From Octopus vulgaris (lineage: Eukaryota), in assembly GCA_951406725.2 (NCBI GenBank), contig OX597818.1:85436001-85500000 (forward strand): a DNA stretch of 64,000 bases, in the 5' to 3' direction. How positions within the stretch are numbered: the first letter of the stretch is position 1; each line of letters opens with the position of its first letter. This document shows positions 39,826 through 52,626 of this stretch, piece after piece. Below the pieces are notes generated by a model. It did not search any database and was not told the origin of the DNA. It worked only from the letters and a program-made list of their open reading frames with translations. The translations under genes and the position numbers were made by a program.

Positions 39826-40700
39826 TCACACACACATATATTTACTTGAGCATACATAAATGTATGTGTCTGCATACATACATATATGTATGTATTTATA
39901 TGTGTGTATGCATACATATAGATACATGCGTGTATACATATACATACACCCTCACATTGCAGCACATTTTCCTGTTTATGCACACATGCACCACACCTAG
40001 ATTTTAACACTTAGACAATATGCATGTATTTACACACACACACACACACACAAACACACACACGAACACACGTACGTTAGCTTCAACAGCAAAAGCAAAA
40101 CACGACAATGACAGAATCTGCTTCTTTCAACATAAAGACTTATTTTTATGTCTGAAAAATAAAAATGTCTTAACGTAAAGTTATTTATTATTCACATGTA
40201 ATAGGGGAATGTAAGATTAGATACATTTCTCTCTCTCTTCTCCTCTAAGGTGTACTCAGTCAAAACAGTGAAAACAACAGCAATAATAATAATAATAATA
40301 GTAACTGTAGCAATGCAGTTGTTTTAACATTCATACCAGCCCAGCCCAGCCCAGCCCCCAGTTCCCTGCTCCTTGCCTGCTATCCTATCCTATCCCTGTC
40401 CTATCTCAATCAGATCCAATCTGATTCAATCCGTTCCATAGCACTGTACCAATATTATGAGAGTATCCATGAAAATGAGACTGGCATTTTCTGTTTCTGG
40501 CACAACAGCTATAACAATAAATATACACACAGCGTTCATTGGTGTTTACTTTGTGAGAGTTCTTTGGCATTCCTCAACAACAAGACTCCCAAAGAAACAG
40601 CAAAATTAGTTATATATGTGTGTGCCTATAAACCTGTACATACATATACATGTATGTATTTGTGTATATGTGTATATATACACACATATATAGAGAGAGA

Positions 40701-40776
40701 GACTTATATGCACATATATATATATATATATATATAGACTTATATGCACACATATATATATATATAGACTTATATG

Positions 40777-40823
<47 letters not shown>

Positions 40824-40828
40824 TTATG

Positions 40829-40875
<47 letters not shown>

Positions 40876-40905
40876 TTATATGTATATAGACTTATATGCA
40901 CATAT
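40701..40905. repeat. Minisatellite gacttatatgcaca-(ta)n, 5-6 units of variable length
   Basis: Anchors at 40701, 40737, 40767, 40821 and ~40889. Confidence 0.85.
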
Positions 40906-42935
40906 ATACATATATACACACACACTTCTCACTCTCTCTGTCTCTCTTCCATGGATGTGTGTGATGTCTTTTCATTTTGTTTTGTCTTTTACTCCATTTT
41001 TCTGTCTTCAATTTTTTCTAGTAATTCTTTTACTTTTTTCTTATTCATTATTTTTCATGTTGTTTTAGATTTCTATTCTCTCTCTCTCTTTCTTTCTCTC
41101 CCTCTCTCCCTAATTTTATTTTTTTTACTTCTTACTTTTCATTCGTTCTCGTTGTGCTTTTTCCATTTTGTTTTTCTTTTTTTTCTTCTCTCTCTCTCTC
41201 TCTCTCTCTCCTCTCCTCATCTACCACCCTACCTCTACTTTACCATTCCTTTATGTCTTGAAACAAATTCACAAGTCTTTTATCTAAAGTGCATGTTTGA
41301 TTGTTGCGTTCTGTAAATAGGTTGGCTGGAGATTGCTGTTTCTTATGTGTACCTATCACTTAGGTTTCCATGTTTAAAATAAAGAAAAAGAGATTTCTTT
41401 ATATTCCTCTGTTATTGTTATTATTATTATTATTATTATCATTATTATTATTATTATTATTATTATCATTATTAACATTATTATTATTACTATTAACATT
41501 ATTATTATTAACATTATCATCACTAGTATCATTGTTATTAAGATTTCTGTTATCATTTTTATCAGTTTTTTATTATAATTATTATTATTAACATTGTTAT
41601 TATGTGTATGTACATGCACAATGTAATACACACTCTCTCCCTCCCCTCTCACTCCTCCCCTACCTCCCCCCTCTCTCTCCCTTTGCATCTTTCAGAAGTC
41701 CTTTCTTTATCTTGTAATGTTGTCATTGGTCTCTGTAGTTCTTTACTCTTTCGCTCTCTTTTTATTAATTTATATATTTGTTTGTTTATTTTGTTCTCTA
41801 CGATGCCTAAGTTGTTCTTACTTGATGTCCTGATAGTAACCATAAGAAAGTTAAGTGTGTTACTAATATTTGTTCCTGAAAATTCAGTTCCAAACATATT
41901 GCATATCTTTTCTCCATTACAATGTTTTCCTTTTTTTTCTCTCCTTTTATTCCTTTTTCTCCCTTTTTATTAACCAATGTAAATGTATCAAGCTCTTGAG
42001 AGCAAAAGAAAAACCAAAAAATGTTCCATTGATAGCCATAACTTTCTTTTTTTTTCCTTTCTCCCTCCTTCTAGCTGTTCTTTCTACCTTTGTTTGATTT
42101 CCATATAGGTGAGGAGATTTAACAACACCTCTAAGAACAAAAGAAATAATGTTAATATTTATCCCCTTCCCCTTAAATGGTAGACCATAAGGGAAAACTC
42201 GAAATCAAAATGGCCGATGAATGTTTTTCAGTCGGCCATCTTGTAATTGTGTTCATAATGTATATGTACAATTGCCAAGGATGTGTATATGTATGTGCGT
42301 GTTTATAGACATACAATTAAGATGTGTGTGGACATGTGTATGTATATACACACACATATGTATGTATACATGTGTGTATGTATATATATATATATATACA
42401 CATAAATAAATAATAATGTATAAGTAGATAAATACAGGGTTTTCTTTTGATACATTTCCATTATAATCTCCTTCTTCCTCTTCCTCCTCCTATGTACCAC
42501 ATTTCATTGAGATTGTTCAAAAATCTTAAATAGGATTTGTCTCATGTTCTCAATAGATTCTTCATAATTGATTTGACTTCAGTTCTGTAGATTACTTGAA
42601 GCAATGCTATTAAAAATAAGAAAAATGGTAACAATAATAACTAAATAAAATAAAAAAAAAAAAACTACTGTTGAAAGGGAGAGAAATGTATATTTTCATT
42701 CAATGTAAAATGAAAAATTTCATTTTAAATTTAAAATCATTTGGTGGTGATGTTAGTATATCAACTGCTGACCTTACAGACACATTTTCAACCCATGCTA
42801 TCATCTGTAGCTTTTCAATATAAAAGCATTCCAGCAGTAACCACCTCAACATTTTTATTTTATTTTTTTCTCTCTGTTCAGATCTACTGTATCTTGGAGC
42901 ATAGCTGTGTCCTTTTTGATATGGCAGGGTATGGT

Positions 42936-43432
42936 TTAACCCTTTGTCATTTAAACTAGTCAGATCTGGCCTTTTACACATACTCTACAAAGTCATTTTA
43001 AAATTGAACAGTCACATCATTAAAATTCCAAAGCTACAATGTAATGCATGATTAATTCAAAACAATGTGAATAAATAAGCATTACATTTGTCAGTCATTT
43101 AAATGCTAAAGGGTTAATGGAAATTTGGTCGCTATTTCTAGTAGGTCAAGCTATAGTATAGAGGTTCAGTGATTGCTCGTTTCATGATTCTACTTTTTGC
43201 TTTTTCAGACATAATGTATCTTGGAATATCATAACTAATACATCCTTTCTAAGATGACTGGGTATGACTAAACCCTTTAGTATTTAAACTGGCCATATCT
43301 GGTCCAAATATTCTACCTGTTTTATATTCAGGTTGACTAGATTTGGTCGCTTACATCTACACTACAATGTCATTTTACAATTAAGCAATCATCACATTGA
43401 GATTTCAAAACTAAGAGATATTGCATGATTAA
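42936..43432. mobile_element. Two piggyBac-like MITE-1 copies (42936-43116; 43269-43432 partial)
   Basis: ttaaccctttg...aatgctaaagggttaa, TTAA-bounded CCCT termini. Confidence 0.78.
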
Positions 43433-44818
43433 TTCCTGCATTCCCATTGCATGGCACATCAAGCAAATTTTTTTCTACTATCATTCCAGGTCAAGTGGAT
43501 TTGGTAGAAAGAAACTGTGTAGAAGTTTATTATGTATGTGCAGAAGCCCATCATAAACTGGTTTTGGTTTGTTTGCATCCTCATAACTTAGCAACACAGT
43601 AAAAGAGATTGATAGAATAAGTGTCAGACTGGGGTCAACTTCTTTGACTAAACCTTTGGAGGTAGTGCTCCAGCATGACTACAGTCTAATGTAACAATTA
43701 AAAAAAGAAAAAGAATAACTCTTTAGAAGGCATCATTCTGTGGTAGACATGGTGGAGGCTGGGTTTGCTTGTATCACAAAGTTTGCATTTAATCAATGGA
43801 AGTACAGTTTGCTAAATACCTTACTCTAATTATAACCATTTCTTTTCCGTTTTGATGTTTTTCTTTTTGACATGTGTAGGGGTATGTGGAAGGGTTGTGT
43901 GTGAATAAGTTGTATTATAATCTCTTTATTTTTTTTTAAATTCTGCTGAATGACAGTGCATAGCGTACAGTAGCAATAACAACATGTCGAAGATTCTCTG
44001 CATTAGTTTGGCATATCAGTTTGCAAGAGGAACTACCGTTTCCAGGAGAATGAGGATGCTAAATAACTATTTTCATTGGATGCTTGGGATAGAAGAGGTG
44101 ATGGTGGTGCATTATTTTTATGTGCGTATGTGCATAATTGTATTGCTGGTGGTATCTTTATGTGCATATGCAAGTATACTTGTGTGTGTATGTAACTGGA
44201 GTGCCGGTAGTGTTTTTATGTATGTGTATGTATTTGCAATGCTGTTACTATGTTCATACATGTAGCTGCATTGGTGGTAGTGCATTTATGCACATGAGTG
44301 TGTATGTAATTGTACAAGTGTTTGTATGTATGTGAGTGTATGTATCTGATGTAGCAATGATAGCAGTGTGTGTAACTCTGATAGCTGTGTATGTGTGTGT
44401 AATTGTACAAGTGTTTGTATGTATGTGCAGATATGTATGTGTGTGTAATTATACAACTGCTTTGTATGCACATACTTATGTGTGTGTATGTGATTCTAAT
44501 AGCTGTATGTATGTATATAATTATCATAGTGGTGTATGTTTTTATGTTTACTTGTACTGTATTTGTGTATATGTATAAAGTGAATAAACCTGATGGTGTG
44601 ATAGTAATCTTAATGGTAATGTGTATAACTGTATATATATATGTGTGTGTGTAATTATTTTACTTGTGTGCAAGTAATTAATGTTGTGTGATGGTCACTG
44701 TGTGTGTGTATGTGTGTGATTGTAATTCAGCTGGTGTGTGTGAGTAATTTCCATAGCAGTGTGTAATTATGTGTATGTTGTTGTTATAGTAGTACTTCTG
44801 TGTGTTGAGTTATTATGG

Positions 44819-44849
<31 letters not shown>

Positions 44850-46719
44850 GTGTGTGTGGTATGTGATGATATGATTATAATTCTAGTGATGTGTATGAAT
44901 GTTGTTGAACATGTGTGTCTATGTCTTTGGTGCGATCATACTGTAATTCTAGTAGTGTGTGTGTGTGTGTGCATGAGTAATTGTTGTGATTTGGGTATTA
45001 CTTCCACTAGTGGAAATACCCATGTAATGGCAACAGCAGCAACCGTGGATCTATAACACCATTAAACCATTTCAAGAGAGGAAAAAGAAACATAAAAACA
45101 AGAAAATTATCCCTTATCATGTTTTTCTACTTTGCAATCTGTCAGCTACTCATTTACAGATAGATGTGAGGGACTTCATGCATCAAAACTTCAACCTTCT
45201 CCTCTCCGCTCTTCTCTTCTTACTTTATCAAGTATAAGAGGCTTTCCACTCAATACACACACACACACATGACCATAGTGAGACATATATCTGTAGATAG
45301 ACATTTGTGATCATCATCACTATAATCTACACCATTGTCAGTTTGTTGTCTGTGTTTCTTAAGCATCGATATAGGTTTCAGTGATTGAAAATGTGTATGA
45401 AAGTCTGTGCATCTTCCATTTCTTCCTTTCTCGCCCTTCTGTTTCCCTTTCTCTCTCCCCCATCCTCCCTCCTATCTCTCTCTTTCTCCACACATGCTCA
45501 TACATATGTGTGTATTTGTATATGTATACATCTGTATCTCTATCTCTATATGTGAAACTTACACACACACACACACACGTACCTGCCATGATTGTTATGC
45601 AAGCGGTGAAAGCTGTATCTTTCGCAATGCATTTCTGTCATTAATTCCGGCATGTCTTACAAGCGCTGTTACTATCACGTTGCAAAGGTCTTAACAAACA
45701 CCACTCTATATATCTATTACATCTAGCCGATGCATGGAAATACATGACAAAAGTGTTAAGGCGAAATCTTCAACTTTATACTAGCATTTTGCAGGCTGTA
45801 TTGCCAGGAGTAATGGATGGTGTGCACATTTTAATGCTGTGCATTGCATGTGCAATCCAACACTTCAGTATTAAATGTCTTTAATTAAAAGTATTGCATT
45901 TAAACTTGCTTGATGTAATTGCTCATATTGGCATTGTTCTCAATGCAGCAAATACTACTGGAATGGTATCCAGAAGACAACTGCTAGCATAGCTGCAAGA
46001 ATATAGAAGCATTGGTAAATAAAATAACAATGACATTACTAAAGATTGTAAGGACAATACATTAGAAGAATTGACAGCAACACTGTGCTAGCGCTGCTAC
46101 AATGGCACCTCGATAATGGTATAAGTAGCAGCATCTTGAAAGCATCTATAGAATTGTGACACCATTGAGAAGTTGCAGTGACATATCAGTTAGCAACATT
46201 ACTATTAACAGCATTACTATTGGTGGTCTCACTGTTAGCAGCATCAACTACAAAATTGTTAGCATTGCTAACAGCAGTGTAACTGTTATCAACAGCACCA
46301 CAGTTAGCAATATGTGCATTACTGTTAGCAACAATAACAGCATGGATCTTGCATCTTGCAACAACAGATACATCATTATAAGCCACAATACATTGCTGTT
46401 TGTTGCACTTGCAAGAAAGCTGTTAGCAACATTGGCATTGCAACAACACTGTCAGCCAGAATTTCGACATTGCTATTGACCTCAACGGCAAAATTGCTGT
46501 TAAACACCACCACCATCACCACAACAACAATAACAGCACTAACATTGCAATTAGCAACAGCAACAATGTCACAGTTAGCAACAGCTATGGTATGACTTCT
46601 AACATTCATAACATAGTTAGCAAAAATTGTGACAGCCTTATTAGCTACAACTACAGTACCTCTGTTAGCAACAATTCTGTGGCAACAATATCAGATATGG
46701 CACTAGGTCCTTTATGTCA

Positions 46720-46900
46720 TAGTTGTTTACCTTTTGGGCAGCCCTTATCAAGTAGACTTATGACCTAAACATTCCTGCCATGACCACTCCATCTTTTACC
46801 TATCTGACTAAGACCAAAGACCACATTATCCAAGATAGGCTATGATTTGAAGGAGAGTTGGTTACTGTTCCTGCCATATTGAGGTTCCCTTTTTGGCTTG
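46720..46900. mobile_element. Unclassified interspersed repeat (fragments also near 8350-8460, 12230-12345, 12475-12535, 12950-13080, 43115-43180)
   Basis: Shared blocks tatgatttga.gga.a.ttgg.t.ct.tt.ctagc and atga.c.aa...attcc.gccatgacc. Confidence 0.5.
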
Positions 46901-47657
46901 ATAAATGCTCTGCTGCAAGCTATAACGTTGTATCTGTTACCTTTTAAATTATAATGTTGCCTTTCTCACACTGACCCTAGTTTGTAAACCATTTTAGAAA
47001 TCAACTAAAGGTTCCACTTTAGTTGACTTATTCGCACTTATTTTAACTTCTATATGTCAATTGGTTATTTCTCTCTCTTGTCCACTTTCTCTGTCTGTTC
47101 TTTACCATCACCATCTGTGCGTATGAGCTCGCACATGTGTGTATGTGTGTGTGTGTGTGTGTTATTCAACATATCTCTCTGATCTTTGACTTTTCTCACT
47201 CACTCTACATTCTCACTGCCCGATTCAGTTATTTTTCTGTCTTTTTTCTTTAATCAGATATGTCCAACTGGATATATCGCAAACAATTTACAAAGGATGA
47301 ATTGATATAGTCAGAACCAGTAGTGTTGTATCTGTTTCTAAACTCTATACATGTCCTGTACACACAGAGCCAACCACACACATACACATTTTCCTTGCAA
47401 TTTTCTTGGTGAGTACACACATACATAGGTACCTATTTACACACACATGCACACAAATACATGCTTTTCCCTTACAGTTTTCTTGTTCTATATGCACATA
47501 CACACACTCTCTTTCCCTTAAATTTTCTTGGTGTTTTTGTGTACATATACACAAATGCCTTTTCTCTTTTTCCTGGTGCACACACACACACACATGGGCT
47601 CACAACTACACTTTTATCCTTTAATTTTCTTGCTGCATATTCCTGCACACACACATG

Positions 47658-47718
<61 letters not shown>

Positions 47719-48127
47719 CTTCTATATAAATTATATTAACCTGACATGAAGCAAGGTTCAAATGATCTGCCTGCTTGAGTAGAGATGATTTTGGTCAGGT
47801 TCGCAATTAAGTTGGTCAGGTTAGGTGACCAAGTACTCATTCATCGTGAGTTAGAGAAATTGATGCAGATCTCTGCACTGACATTGATATCTGTTCATTA
47901 GTTCTATGTGTATGTCTTGTGCTGTTGCTTTGAAAGTGAGGAATTCTGTGTATAAATGCACTCAAGTTCTGGTTCCCTGCTATACTTGATGATGGTAGTT
48001 GACAAATGGTCTAAAGTTAAGTGTGGAATAAGTGAGCCTGTGCTATGATTGCTCTTGTTATGTGAGTAATGCTTTCAGCCTGGATTTGGTGAAAAATAAG
48101 TAGAGGACTTTCCTTGACAGATATATT

Positions 48128-49075
48128 TAACCCTTTCAACATCAAACAGCCTGAGACTACCCCTGGTTCTATCATAGAAACTTTGCTTTAAAGTGATCTA
48201 ACTTAAAACATTCCATCAGAATTTAATGTTGATTTATGTTCCATGCACCATCTTAATAATGACAGTTATTTTACTAAATTTTCCATTATGTTCAAAATTA
48301 ATTGAAACAACAGAAGTGTATTTCAACATAAAAGTGGTAACAAAAATGTTAAAGTGTTGTAAATTAAAACCTTCCATTAAAACTTCATACCAATTTATGT
48401 TTCATTCACAAACTTATTAATAACAAAGTTACTCTGCTAAGATCATCCTCATCACTTTACATCCATTGGCCTTGCTAGCATGGGTTAGATGGTTTGACAA
48501 GAGTTGGCAAGCTGGGGGGCTGCACCCAGTTTTAACACTTTGCTGCAGAGTATGGGTCTTCTTGAGTAAGGGATGGTACCAGGCATCATCTTGCCTGAAG
48601 GGTTCAGCATCCTGAGGTTGTTCTTCAGCCTATCATATGTATATAGCTATGTATGTGCATCTTTGTGTCTGTGTTTGTCCTCCATCACGACTTAACAAGT
48701 GATGTTGGTGCCTGTACGACCCTGTAACTTCAGCAAACGATACTGATAGAATAAGAACCGGGCTTTATAGAAAAAAGGTGCTGAGGTTGATGCATTCTAT
48801 TAAAATCCTTCAAGGTAGTACCCCAACATGGCCACAGTTTTATGACTGAAACAAATAAAAGATTATTTTCAAAATTAATTGAAACAAAGGAAGTGTATTT
48901 CATCAGAGATAGGATAACAAAAGGATTAAAGTGATCTAAATTGAAACCTTCTATCAAAATTTCATCTGGATTTATGTTTTATATACACACTTAATAATGA
49001 CAAAGTTATTCTACTAAAATCTTCATTATTTTCAAGATTATTTGATACAGTGTCAGTGTATTTCAACAGAAATTT
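48128..49075. mobile_element. piggyBac-like MITE-2 with three tandem 3' segments; second segment interrupted by an RTE fragment (48445-48630, -) and a SINE-A tail (48650-48862, +)
   Basis: ttaaagtg.t.taaatt.aaacctt recurs at ~48188, 48349 and 48926; the interrupted unit resumes at ttattttcaaaattaattg. Confidence 0.72.
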
Positions 49076-49189
49076 GTGTCAGGGATATATGTTATTGGCA
49101 ATTTTACGAAATTATTATGAGAATAGTAAGTTTATCGATATCATAAAAAGTTGGCTTATATATAATGAATTGTTTAGATACATCCTTCT

Positions 49190-49456
49190 ATGTGTGGCTG
49201 TATAGTAAAAAGTTTGCTTTTCAACCACATAGTTTTGGGTTCAGTCCCGTCATGTGTGTCTGTCATTGTGTCTATGTTTGTCCCCTACCAGCACTTGAAA
49301 ACTGGTGTTCGTGTGTTTACATCCCTGTAATCTAGTGGTTCAGCAGAAGAGAGTAATAGAATAAATACTGGGGTTGGTTCATTCGGTTCAGAATTCTTCA
49401 AGGTGGTGCCCCAGCATGGCCACAGTCTAATGACTAAAATAAGTAAGAGATAAAAG
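49190..49456 (+). mobile_element. SINE-A with central deletion
   Basis: tggctgtatag...ggttcagtcc head joined to the tail ggtgccccagcatggccacagtc. Confidence 0.8.
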
Positions 49457-50853
49457 ATTCTGAGTTCATATCTCACTGGGCCCACTCTATCTTTCTCTCA
49501 CTTCCACTGTCACACACTGGAATCTTTTAAACAAATACCGGAACATTTGTGATGATTTCCTCTTTTGTTTGTGCTACATTGGTGGCACAAATATCTGTTG
49601 ATTCCTTCCAAACCTTCCTCTCTTTAACAGATGTTACAGCTCCTGTAACAGGGTGAAAAATGTATTTTTGTTTGGTTGAAATATAAAAAGACGTCAAAAG
49701 TGAGAGAGATGTCATCTGTCTCAAACCACCATTAGCCAACTTTCTAACCATTAAATCGCCCTTAATAGCTTTAAACACTCAGACACTTTTGTTCATTAAT
49801 GGATTGGTAGAAGAGTGAAACTATTTCAGGATTTTATGGGGAGTCATAAAGATTGATTCAACATTTACTAAGTGTCCCCTGACATAGATTTCCTTCCTGT
49901 AGTATTGACTGTAATGTCTGTGTAGGTTAATCTATATCTCAGGTACTTAGCATCCGTCAACAGGGAATTAAAATTACTACATCTCAAACAGTATTTTCAT
50001 TTGTAGTTTTGGCTTATATTCCTTCTTTGTATGGAAAAGGATGGGCAGGTTTGTATAAATCTACTGGGTCCTCAGATGTTGAGTCAATCATTTTGGCTTT
50101 TCCATCATGGTTTTCTATGTGTATATGTATGATATGCATGTGCAAAACCCCTCTCCCACACTCATATGAATAACATGCTCTATTCTGCTCCCCCTATGAT
50201 AGCCCCTCTTCCTTATAAGTACGTGTTGAGCACTTTGATGTTTTTGCTTGTGAAATTGTAATGTGTATGCACTATGTCTGTGTACACATATTTAGTTACC
50301 CAATAGGGAATCTGGATAGCATTATAAGTACATGTTTGAAGTCATGCTTGCTTCGTTTCACATATGTCCGTTCTGTAAGTGTTTATCATCATTGCTTCTT
50401 TATCACTGTGGCCATCTTTGCTTGTGGACACTGTAAAATCTATTTACTATCCCCAGCTGGAAATTGAAACTGGGAATAACAACTCTCTTAACTGTTATAT
50501 CTTCTGCTTTAGTGTTGAAAAAATGATTAATGAAAGTTTACATGTTAATAAAAATATAATTTCAATTATTGTTACCACACTCTACTTTACTGGATTTGCT
50601 ATATGCATGGACTTACAGATATACATACATATGCATACACATCTATATGTATACATGCACACTTACATGCATACATATATACATATTTACCCTTTCATAC
50701 ACAGATCTGCTTACATACTTGCATATATATGTATACACACACACACACACACACACACACAAATATCATCACTATTATATATATGTGTGTGAGTGTACCT
50801 GTGTTTGTGTATCTGTATGTCAGTATATATATGCATATCTGAATGTGTGTGTG

Positions 50854-50904
<51 letters not shown>

Positions 50905-51371
50905 CACACATACATGCAAGCATACATTCACATATGTACGTGCACTATAGCCAAAAGTTCAAATGCCAGACTACTCTTCCTGTCACCAACCTTCATCTGT
51001 TTCCAAGTAAGGAAATATTTCTCATGGTCAAATATGTTTCACACAGAAGGTTTGAAATGAACTACCTCACTTATATGTCGGGGATACTTATTTACAGCCA
51101 TCATATGATGTATAGACAAGGGTACATACACAGGCGCGCGCACACACACACATGTAACTACACACATGCTGTTAGTGATTTTTTTTTTTCCTTCTTTGGA
51201 CTTTCCAATTTTCATTTCTGATAAAGAGCTATGCTCAAAACATCAAAACCTCTCTCTTTCTACCAAGCATCAAACAAATACATTCCCTGTGCATGTCCTC
51301 TTGTTTGTTGTTATTATCTTTAATGTCCAATTATTCAATTTGACTTACATGTATATATATATATATATGTA

Positions 51372-51826
51372 TATACTTGTGAAGACCTGTTGAGGCAAGT
51401 GAAAATCAAAATGAAAAATCAAATCAATCAACATCAATGGAAATTGTAGCTGTGATACCAGTGCCGGTGGCACATAAGAGAACCATCTGAACGTGGCCGT
51501 TGCCAGCGCCGCCCCGACTGGCTTCCGTGCCGGTGGCATGTAAAAAGCACCATCCAATCGTGGCCGTTTGCCAGCTTCACCTGGCCTCCGTGCCGGTGGC
51601 ACGTAAAAAGCACCATCCAATCATGGCCGTTTGCCAGCCTCGTCTGGCATATAAAAAATACCCACTACACTCATGGAGTGGATGGCGTTAGGAAGGGCAT
51701 CCAGCCGTAGAAACATTGCCAGATCAGATTGGGCCTGGTGCAGCCTTCTGGCTTCCCAGACCCTAGTTGCACCGTCCAACCCATGCCAGCATGGAAAGCG
51801 GACGCTAAACGATGATGATGATGATA
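51372..51826 (+). mobile_element. Relatively young RTE-type LINE 3' UTR with ~63-bp internal repeats and (gat)n tail
   Basis: gtgccggtggca[c/t][a/g]taa at 51461, 51527 and 51590; CpGs retained; tail homologous to 10680-10799. Confidence 0.85.
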
Positions 51827-52626
51827 TATATGATGGGCTTCTTTCAGTTTCTGTCTACAAAATCCACTCTCAAGGCTTTGGTCAGCCCTGGATTATAGCA
51901 GAAGACACTTGCCTGAGGTGCTGTGTTATGGGACTGAACCCAAGACTACATGGTTAAGAAGCAAATCTTCTCAACCACACCACCACTTTACTTCCAGCAG
52001 GTTGGACACGCTTATGAATGTCATAGTTAGTTAAGAATACACATAGTTAGTTAGGAATATACTATTTGGAACAGATATAAGGTGTCTAGCTGGGAATGAA
52101 GCTGTCTTCATGGTTCTAGAAAGAAGTAGGAAGATAATTGAGGGAATTTCCCTGGCACCAAACGGTGGGTCAGGGATAGCTAGGAAGCTGAGTTAAGAAG
52201 GTAAAGCCATTGTCCATGTAATCAATCAAGTTTGTACGGCATCATCCAACCAAGTGAGAGAAAGAGAGGGAGAGAGAGAGAGGGAATACATATGGACAGT
52301 TTCTAGCAGTCAAGGACGACCTTTAGAATTAATAAAAGTAACAATAATTATTCACTTAGCTTAAACATATATGGCACATTCAGGAGATGCCAGGACTGAT
52401 CATGGTTGATACTGGTCTAAATGAATTATGAAACCATTGAAATACTGAGAAAAGGAGACATGTATATATAAGAGAAGTAGAAAGTGGGGGAGAGTGTGAG
52501 ACACCATGTGATCACTCATGTTTGGACAGTATCCAATAGAGAGAGAGCAGATACTGTTTCTGGCTGCTAAGAAAGAGAGAGAGATTCTTATTAATAATAA
52601 AATAATAATAATGATAATAATAATAA

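Noticed and set aside
46156-46609. Ser/Thr/Asn-rich mucin-like ORFs
   Set aside because: Overlapping ORFs on both strands arising from the degenerate gttagcaac repeat; no splice support.
49610-49660. Possible micro-exon after ctctctttaaCAG with an 8-bp hairpin
   Set aside because: The donor (gtgaaa) is weak and the peptide has no plexin similarity.
51461-51660. Palindromic repeat with spacers resembling a mini-CRISPR
   Set aside because: The spacers are homologous to one another and the block is part of an RTE 3' UTR also seen at 6860-7015.
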